Assembly (NCBI GenBank): GCA_002269645.1
Contig: NIVC01003227.1
Location: 15,485-79,484 of the forward strand
Direction of reading: 5' to 3'
DNA: 64,000 nucleotides
DNA from: Macrostomum lignano
Lineage: Eukaryota
In this document: one piece after another, positions 43,780-53,314 of the stretch
Position numbering within the stretch: position 1 is the stretch's first letter
Layout: every line of letters begins with the position of its first letter
Notes under the pieces: model-generated
Databases searched by the model: none
The model's input: the letters and a program-made list of their open reading frames with translations, nothing else
What the model was told of the DNA's origin: nothing
Translations under genes and position numbers: made by a program

Positions 43780-44861
43780 AGCTAATCCGCCGTGAGTTTG
43801 CCGGTGCGGCTGCAGTAGCAGGCCGTGTGCATTTAGAAAAGAAGCCAACAGCGGCCAGTCGAGTTCAGCAAAGCGGCCGGTCCGCGCTTGAATAGGCTGA
43901 GGGGGCAGGGCGAAAAGCCACCTGCTCAGCCGCGGTTTTATGCCGCGGTCTCCGCCGAGCCCTGTCCGGGACTGGAAGGCGGGGAGGAGGGTGCTGGGAG
44001 GGAGGGAGCGCTGCTATTTGCTGCCCATTGCCTGTGCATTGGCTACAATAGGGCTCTGGCCTGAAGACATGCGGGCATCGGAGGTGCTGGGCAGCCCCAC
44101 TTCAGTCGGTGGTTGAGCCCTGTACAAGCTGGAAGAGATCCCCCAGACCCGAGCCACTGGAGTGGACAGAGGCCGAGGCTTCGATCGATTCCAGAGCAGC
44201 AGCGAGGCCCCGGAGATCAGTCAGCAGCCCACCAGTGTTGCCGGGTGGTGGCTTCGCGAATGCTGCTCGAGCAGCCGCGATCAATTCAAGCCAATTCATT
44301 AATTCGCTCAGACCTTGGACATGGCCTGGGGAACGGTCGGGTGGCTTCCAGTGAATGCAGAGAGCCACCCCGAGCCACTGGCTGGTGAGGCGGCGCAGCC
44401 CATGCAGGAATACCTAAAGCTACGAATATTCAGTAGGGTTGTTTCGCTCATTTTCAGCTGCGTTAAATTTTGTTGCCTTTTAAAACTGAGCTATTAGTTG
44501 AAGGCAATCGAGTCTTATGGGTATGCTCGGGTGTCTATAGCTAGAGTTGACTGCTGGGAAACAGTATTTGAATCACGTGTGAACTAAACTTTGCTGCCCT
44601 GCTTAAAATAGAACGAATGCAGTACAATGTATGCAGAACAAGTTAGACCGAATGAACCATAACTTTCTTACTTCAGCTTTTAGCCATTTACCTCAACCTC
44701 AAGATAGGCAGTTGACCTGCTAGATTATTGACGGGTCAGATTGCCCAAGAAGCATTGTTTAGCAATTTGACGATCATTATTCACATTTTTAATGCAGAAC
44801 AATCCATTACTACAAACAATGCATTGTCTGTAGGATCGTCAAACAGAAAAACAATGCAAAG

Positions 44862-44956
44862 AATCAGCGGTCGCAGCACGTGACAACGATTTGTCTATGG
44901 CTCGCGCCTTCCGGCGCTCGCCAGACAATCATTGTCACGCACTGGGACCGCTGATT
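44862..44956 (-). other. 95-nt hairpin, candidate structured RNA
   Basis: About 35-bp outer stem plus an inner GGC-GA-GCGCC-GGAA-GGCGC-GA-GCC; most mismatches become G-U pairs on the minus strand. Confidence 0.6.
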
Positions 44957-45439
44957 ATTTATCCATTGATTGCACAGATTTCCTGCCTCTTTCATTAATA
45001 TTTATTCTTTCCATGGCGCTGCTTCCAGTGGTGATGGAGACGGAGTCCTGCATGCCGTCCTGGACGTCGAGACTAGAAAATTGGACTTTAGGAAAAAGAG
45101 TCAACACATAATTTGTTTCGTGGAGAGATTGAGAGATTTATTGTTTAAATATTCTGCGGTGTGAGCAAGAGCGACACGTCAGTCCCACAGTATACCATAA
45201 GCCCGTATATTCAGGTAGAGAGACGTTAAGCGAGTGAGTAAACTCAGCTTCCATCTGCATGTACGTTTAGGAGTCGTCCTTGCGTTTATAGGTTCATGAT
45301 AATAATGTCTTCTAGTATATCTAATTCTTTATAATACTATTCTTTTTTCCGTTCTTTGGTGACTTTTTTCACCTGACCTAATTATGGACAGACGTGCAAC
45401 CGACCAGCTCTGCAGCCTATTCGGATCCTAGTTTTTTCC

Positions 45440-45518
45440 GAGTTGGGTCGAGAATCGAACCCCCGACCTTGCAATCGCGAGTTCGACGATCTAACCAAGA
45501 GGCTACAACCCCCCCCCC
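45440..45518 (-). mobile_element. tRNA-derived SINE head or tRNA pseudogene
   Basis: Minus strand GGGGGTTGTAGCCTCTTGGTTAG (A-box-like)...CTCGCGA loop...GGTTCGATTC (B box); acceptor and anticodon stems pair poorly. Confidence 0.6.
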
Positions 45519-45631
45519 AGGTAGACTGTAAACTGCAAGAACTAGGCCTACTCAAGTAGGGAAACCTCCTTTTTATTCTACGTACAATTGTACATGTCCT
45601 GTGCCTAAACAAAAATGGCACAGCTCCTAAC

Positions 45632-46008
45632 ACTCGATTCCGCCCCCCCCTTACAGTCGATTCCGCCCCTTACAGTCGATTCCGCCCCCCCCTTACAGTC
45701 GATTCCGCCCCTTACAGTCGATTCCGCCCCCCCCCTTACAGTCGATTCCGCCCCCCCCTTACAGTCGATTCCGCCCCCCCTTACAGTCGATTCCGCCCCC
45801 CCCTTACAGTCGATTCCGCCCCTTACAGTCGATTCCGCCCCTTACAGTCGATTCCGCCCCTTACAGTCGATTCCGCCCCTTACAGTCGATTCCGCCCCTT
45901 ACAGTCGATTCCGCCCCTTACAGTCGATTCCGCCCCTTACAGTCGATTCCGCCCCTTACAGTCGATTCCGCCCCTTACAGTCGATTCCGCCCCTTACAGT
46001 CGATTCCG
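45632..46008. repeat. About 20-bp minisatellite with variable C-run (ttacagtcgattccgcccc), about 18 copies
   Basis: Direct periodicity. Confidence 0.95.
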
Positions 46009-49000
46009 ACTCATTGGTTTTATGGATCTATTTTGTCATTCTATCAGATTTTATCAGATTCTTTTATCAGAATCAATTCTTTTAAAATCTTTTATCAGAT
46101 TTTGTCAGATGATAAAATCGATTCATAAAGCCAATGAGTCCAGCTGTGCCATACATTTCTATGATTTTTAAGTACAGGTAATGTACGTAGAACAAAACAT
46201 TAACAAAGAATCTTAATTTTCTAAACGAAAAACTTTATGAATATCGATAGAGCTATAAAAAGGCATATACAACATATCAAAGATGAACACTGGGCCTGCC
46301 TCCTATCGAAATTAATAACAAAAGTCAGTATCAACATGCAGTGTTTAGTTATTTATTTAAGTTGCCGATGCATTTCCTCCAACTATTAAACATCTTCAAG
46401 GTCGAAATTTACTCGAACCAAATGATTTAACAAGCAAACAGTATATATAGTAAGTGGAGAGAAGTATGAAAGTACATGCAATTTTATTGAATTTTTATGG
46501 TTTGAAAAACTTTTACATATTAATCGAAACTAGAAACAATATTGGTAGGGGGGGAATTTGCGTACAAAGGCCGGCATATAGTGGTAGAAGTCAGAGATGG
46601 CCACGATCAACAGTCTTGGCTGCAGTGTCACGAAAATAGCTCGGAGGGCCCGCGACTTTGTTGCACTATTTTGTTAACTCTGTTGCATACATATCAGGAT
46701 GCATTTGGGGCTAGCTTGCTCATTTCGGATCTTCATGCCGCTACAATGGTACTTGGTTTGCCTGCAGTTTCTCATGCAGGGGCACGTAGCAATTCGGTGC
46801 CCATCTAGAGGAATTAGCAGATTTTTGAACACACATTAGTCTTGCCAAATCAACTAGCTGATCGATTTAAATCTATTCGACTACTTTTGTGGGACTACAA
46901 ATGCTCCAAGGACTACTTTAGTAGAATATAGCGTTTCTAGTGGTCCTTGATTGATGCTCGTGCCCACGTCATGGATCAGACGCGACGGGCTAGAGGCTTC
47001 TTGGATTCAAATCTTGGGCGCAGCCATTAAGAGCTGCATTCATTAATGGACTCAAAAAAGACTAGATGAATGCTGTCTGCAATGCAGTTGACGGCTTCTT
47101 GGTCGCCTTCATGAGTTGCTAATTGCAATAATGTTGGCGCATACATGTATGCAATTTTGAGGCAACGCGGCCGGCTTGATGACACACGTGGACTTTCTAA
47201 CAGCTAGGGCATGTACATGCAAGACATGAATGTAGCTAAGGCTGGTCGAAATCATGGTTTTTGTTAATTTTCATTGTTCCTGCTCGCCTTTTAGTATCTG
47301 AAATTTTTATGAATATATGTGAAATTTGTCTACACAATGGCCACCATGCAATCCAGGGAAGCAATTAATTGTTGGCAGAGAGAACCTAAATAATTTTTCA
47401 AGACGAGACGAGAGTATAAACTCGCACATGTTGACGGCACAACTGACAAGTTACGGAGTTTATAGACAAAACTGCTCACTCACAGTTATGTACGCATGCG
47501 ACCCTTTTATGGGACACCACGTTGTTTTGAACCGTGGTTTATTCGATGAGGCCATCAGTGATAATGAGATATAATTTTTTACCTTAAAACTTAAGAAATT
47601 TGTTTTTAAAGCCAGTCGAATCGTTTATTTGTAATTATCAGCCAAAATTATGTCGTATTGCGACCTTTCGCAAGTTAAAAAATCGTTAAAAACGATCTTA
47701 CTAATTTTAAATTAGATGACGGCTTGTATTTTTTGACATAAACAAAAAGTCCATTTTTCGCTATTAGAAAACGACTTTTATTATTTAAAAACGCAGTTCA
47801 ATTCATGCCAAGAAGCAAATAAAACTTAATTTGCATGACTCTGTAGATTTTATATCATTTTTTGTTTTAATATACGACACAAATAATAACTGCTGTTCTA
47901 TGTATGTTATAACTGATTAAAATTTATAATTATACATTTGTATTTATATTATGTATGCTTTATAAAACAGTCAAAGAATACACAATCCAAAAATGGTGCC
48001 GAAAATTTCAGTATCTTTATCACTTTTATGTTATTCTCAGTGCGACATCTTTCAGCAGTTTTTTGAAATTGTCTAGTGTGGTCTATCAATTGATGCTAAT
48101 CCATTATGGTATTATTTCTACAGAGTTAATGTAGTAGGTCCTATAATAGCACTTAATGTTTAAGAGTTTAGTATACTGTGTTTTCAAATTCTTCTTAAGT
48201 GGCCCATTGGGAATAAATTAATTGAGGCAATGGCAAGTTAGGCCTAATGTGACAAAATGCATAACTCATTCATCTATTTACCAATGACTAGGCCTATTGT
48301 TCAGCATTAAAATGTTTTGCTAGTTTAAAATGAATGAACTTAAATAAAGACAAAAAACTTGGAATAAAACCAGTCCCATACTTCATATTGAAAATATATT
48401 AGGAGGGCTATTGTATTATTTGTAAGAATATAATTATAAAAAAAACAAATTTAAAATAAAAAATATCTTATCTTTTCAAATGCTACATATTGCATATAAA
48501 TTCTAAATCTAAATATTAGTTTTGTAGCTTAAAAATCTTTATAGCTAGCTATAGTCCCTATAGTAATAAAATTTCATTTCTAATAACTCTATTTCAGCAT
48601 TCATAAACATTTATTATTAGGCCTAAATGGAGCAAAAGAAAAAATGACTTAGGGTGAAGCCTTAGGATTTTATATTTCTATAGCCAACAACTAATTACAT
48701 AAATTAAGCCCTATATAACTAGAAATTAAAAAAACAATGGATGTAAAGGACAAAGATCTAAAAAGGTTATATAATGTGATAAGCCTACATTTTCACTAAA
48801 ATTTAATAACCTAATATATAAGATTTGGCAAGTATCTTAAGCAAGAATATCAAAAAGGCCATACACAACAAATATACTAAAAATGGTTTGTTGGTATCTA
48901 GGTATATGATTGATTTTAGAAAAAACCTAAGAAATGATTTGTGTTTAGTACATTTAAAAGGAAGTCTAAATGTAGAATATAGAATCCATAATCCAACCCG

Positions 49001-49017
49001 CTGTTGCAGGTGCAAAA

Positions 49018-51764
49018 ATGATCGAGCTGCCAGACGAGTTGATGCAGCACATCCCTGCCGATGAGGGCCAGGGCGGCTCCAGCATGCACATCCAGCTGGG
49101 CAGCAGCAGCGGTGACGAGGTGATTGAGCTGCCAGCTGAGGTGATTCAGCAGATCCAGGCTCAGGCAGCTGGCGGTCCCGTTCAGATCCAGCTGACAACG
49201 AGCAACAATGAGACATTCGAGCTGTCATCTGAGGTGATTGAGCAGATCCAGGCGCAGGCGGACGGAGGCCCGATCCAGATCCAGCTGACATCGGGCGGCG
49301 CCGAGGAGGCAGAGGAGGCGGGCGGCGCGGTGCAGGCGTACTCGCGGGATGCGAGGAGGTCGCGGGGCGGCCAGCAGGGCAAAGACCAGCTGGTGTACCA
49401 GTGTAATTATTGTCCGTCAGACTTTACGAATGCCGGTGCGTTCACGAAGCACCTGCGCGAGCGGCACCTGCTGAAGGCGTTTGTGTGCCGTCAGTGCGAC
49501 AAGTACTTTGCCAACCTGAGCGACCTGTTCCTGCACGCGCGGCGCATCCACGTGGACGCGAAGAAGCCGAAGAGGAACCCGAAGGACTTTCGCTACCACT
49601 GCCGGCAGTGCACGTACATGACGAACAACGGCGGCACGTTTGACGCGCACCTTCGGGCTCACCGAGGTGAGAAGCCGTTTAAGTGCGACAAGTGCCCGAA
49701 GCGGTTCACGCAGCGGTCCAACATGCTGCAACACAGGCGGATGCACTTTCCCAACATGGACAGGGCGTTCAAGTGCGAGATTTGCAACAAGTCGTTTACC
49801 ACGTTCGACATACTGGTGGCCCACCTGCGCACTAGGGAGCACGAGCTGAGGGAGAACTATTCGCAGCTGGGGTCGAGCAGCGTGCACCTGGAGTGCAACG
49901 GCTGCTCGGTGACGTTCGACAGCATCTACACGCTGAAGAAGCACACGAGGAGCTGCCCGACAGTGCGGAGTCTGCAGGCGAAGTTCCGCTGCGTGACCTG
50001 CAACTGCTACATCAACGAGCTGTCGGATCTGAAGTCGCACGTGAAGGCTCACTCGAGCATCACTCTGATCTCGTGCCCGATCTGTGGCGAGAAGGGCTTC
50101 CCGGGGTTCAACCAGCTGAACCACCACATCACCCGGGCGCACGCGCTGCGGGTGTCGAAGCGGCACGTGTGTCGCTACTGCATGGCCAGCTTCGAGTCGA
50201 AGGAGGAGAAGGAGGCGCACAAGGCGGAGGTGCACAAGGAGGAGCTGGCGATCCGCGGCTGCCACGACGGTCCGTTCTCGTGCAAGTATCAGAACTGCGA
50301 CTTTGTGACGAACAGCAAGCCGGACCTGGTGAAGCACCACGCGGTGCACAGCCAGAACCGAGACCCGGTGAACCACACGCTGATCAAGGCGCCGCCAAAG
50401 TCGACTCGCAAGCCGAAGATGATCAAGACGTTCGAGGAGGCAATGTCGAAGATTCGGCGAGAGCGCGAGGGCTACACGGACGAGGCGGACAACGAGGACA
50501 GGTTCAAGAACGGGAAGGCGGCGGTGATGGAGGGTCCGGACGATGGCGGTCTGGGCCTCTCGGCGATGGGCCAGTCTGCGTACGAGGCGCTGAAGCGAGT
50601 TCAGGAGGCGGAGCGGCGGCTGAACAAGAAGCCCCGGGGCCGGCCGCGGAAGAACCCGCTGGAGCCGCCGTCCGTCCAGGCCGGACAGAAGACGAGCACC
50701 GGACGGCCGATCGGACGGCCGCGGATGGTGCGGACGGGAACTGCGGAGGCTGGCCGGCAGCGGGTGTTTGAGTACAAGGAGGAGGAGTACATCGCTGGCG
50801 ACGGGAACTACGTGCGGCCGAATCCGGACACGATCTACGAGGAGGTTTGTGACAGTGGCACTTTAAGGAGTCTGTTGCTTGAGATTGGTGCTCATGCTGA
50901 TGGGTTTGTGGCTTGTGGCACCTTGAGGAGTCTGTTGCTTGAGATTGGTGCTCATGCTGATGGGTTTGTGGCTTGTGACACCTTGGGGAAACTGTTGCTT
51001 GAGATTGGTGCTCATGCTGATGGGTTTGTGGCTGTGACATTGTGGTGACCACTGCTGATGGGTTTGTGGCTGTGACATTGTGGTGCTCATGCTGATGGGT
51101 TTGTGGCTGTGACATTGTGGTGCTCAGTGCTGATGGGTTTGTGGCTGTGACATTGTGGTGCTCAGTGCTGATGGGTTTGTGGCTGTGACATTGTGGTGCT
51201 CATGCTGATGGGTTTGTGGCTGTGGCACCTTGAGGAGTCTGTTGCTTGAGATTGGTGCTCATGCTGATGGGTTTGTGGCTGTGACATTGTGGTGCTCAGT
51301 GCTGATGAGTTTGTGGCTGTGACATTGTGGTGACCACTGCTGATGGGTTTGTGGCTGTGACATTGTGGTGCTCAGTGCTGATGGGTTTGCTGACTATCGG
51401 TGCTCAATTCTGTTTGCGTGCACCCTGTAAATGGCTGATCGCCCGCCCGCAGGTGGACAACGCCGAGCTGGTGGAGGACTTCGAGGACGACTACGACCCC
51501 CGCACGAGCTACACGAGCTCTGGGCGTCGGCGGAAGGCGCCGGCCTGGCAGAAGGACTACTTCAGCCTCGGCCTGGCCGACTCGGACGAGGAGGCGGCGG
51601 CGCAGCGCGAGGAGGAGGAGGAGTACGCGGCCGAGCTGGAGGACGGCATCAACATTGTGCTGCTGCAGCCCAGCGACCGCGTCATCGGCACCGCCGCACC
51701 CGGCTTCCAGCAGGCCGCCGCCTCAGACGCTGACGCTCAGGACAACCTTATTGTGGAGGCCTAG
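49018..51764 (+). CDS. C2H2 zinc-finger protein copy B (near-identical inverted paralog of copy A); exons 49018-50844 and 51453-51764
   Basis: Translation differs from copy A at few sites (MS/IP, Q/R, E/D, T/A, +N, +E, G/D); same splice sites. Confidence 0.88.
50845..51380. repeat. Composite intronic minisatellite in ZF copy B (same unit families as copy A, different arrangement)
   Basis: gctgatgggtttgtggctgtgacattgtggtgctca and caccttgaggagtctgttgcttgagattgg units. Confidence 0.93.
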
Positions 51765-52015
51765 CGCTCAGGGCAACCGCATTGTGGAGGCCTAGCGCTC
51801 AGGGCAACCGCATTGTGGAGGCCTAGCGCTCAGGGCAACCTCATTGTGGAGGCCTGGCGCTCAGGGCAACCTCATTGTGGAGGCCTAGCGCTCAGGGCAA
51901 CCTCATTGTGGAGGCCTGGCGCTCAGGGCAACCTCATTGTGGAGGCCTGGCGCTCAGAGCAACCTCATTGTGGAAGCCTAGCGCTCAAGGCAACCTCATT
52001 GTGGAGGCCTGGCGC
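51733..52015. repeat. 31-bp stop-codon array of ZF copy B (9 units, some TAG changed to TGG)
   Basis: attgtgga recurs at 31-bp spacing from 51750 to 51998. Confidence 0.95.
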
Positions 52016-52858
52016 CTAGGAGTTGCCATTACTCCGAAACACATGTACATTTTCTGTTGATAGACTGCCCTGAAGTCTGTTTATCTGTTTTTTAAGTAAG
52101 ACATCTGCTAAGTAACTTTGTCCCGGTTTATTGCTTTTTATGTCCTAATTTTATGCTCCTTGATTTATTTTTCAGTTTAGTAGTGTGTAATTAATTCAAT
52201 TTTCTGCTGCCGTAATTTTCATTTTAATTTTCGTATTTAATTAAGTTTAATTGTTTCATTTAATTATGTTATTTGTTTCCCCAAATTCAGTAATAACCAG
52301 TGTTCATTATTTTGTACAATTTCTAATCCCAGGCTTTGCGCGCCACTAAATGGTATAACAAAGTTATAACTCGCAATTTCACCCTCTGTTATGCTTCGTT
52401 CTCTACGCTGTCGTCGTAAAGTATATCCTGTCCATCCTTTTTATAAAATTTTAATCCCAAAATTTATCCATAATTCTCAGAAATACAACTGACCGCACTT
52501 TGTTTTTTTTGTCTGTTAGCGGCTTTCTCTGACTGTTCGGTTTGAGAAAAACAATAAAGCTTGAGTTCGTGTTTTGCTTTTTTTCAAATAACTAACTGTT
52601 CTAGTTTTTGGGTTGTCTGGATAGGAGAAAAGAAAGACAGTTTTTTCAGACTTTTAATGTATTTGATAGAAATATTTTGATAGAAATATCAAGAATTATG
52701 TTTCAATATCGTATTGCCAACTTAAATTGAAGAAAAGCGATTGAAGTGTTAGCTAGTTTAGATAAATGTTTTGGTGAAGAGATAAAAATGTTTGACATAG
52801 GACTTCAACTTTGAGCTGACATTAATCTGTCCTGCGGCATCTGTCCTGTGAACTGGTT

Positions 52859-53152
52859 GTTTGCCAAGGACTACTAGCAGCTATCTGTTTGCCAAGGACC
52901 ACTAGCAGCTATCTGTTTGCCAAGGACCACTAGCAGCTATCTGTTTGCCAAGGACCACTAGCAGCTATCTGTTTGCCAAGGACCACTAGCAGCTATCTGT
53001 TTGCCAAGGACCACTAGCAGCTATCTGTTTGCCAAGGACCACTAGCAGCTAGCTGTTTGCCAAGGACCACTAGCAGCTATCTGTTTGCCAAGGACCACTA
53101 GCAGCTATCTGTTTGCCAAGGACCACTACCAGCTAGCTGTTTGCCAAGGACC
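52859..53152. repeat. 28-bp minisatellite (about 10 copies) between converging gene 3' ends
   Basis: ctgtttgccaaggaccactagcagctat unit. Confidence 0.95.
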
Positions 53153-53314
53153 TAATGAACTTTCAAACTTAAAAAAATTGCTATCGTAATAAATCTCTAA
53201 AAACTGATCTATTGAAGTATTGATCTGTTAAAAATTATTAAGTACTTAGATTAAACGAATTGTTTATGCTGTTTGCCTCTAGGCTTTCATTCTGCAAGCT
53301 TTCTTGCTGCAATT

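Noticed and set aside
44102-44368. 88-aa ORF as an upstream coding exon of the GRIP gene
   Set aside because: It ends in a stop before any donor and has no recognisable motif.
26443-53152. 28-39-bp direct-repeat arrays as CRISPR arrays
   Set aside because: Units are head-to-tail with no unique spacers, there are no cas genes, and the context is eukaryotic.
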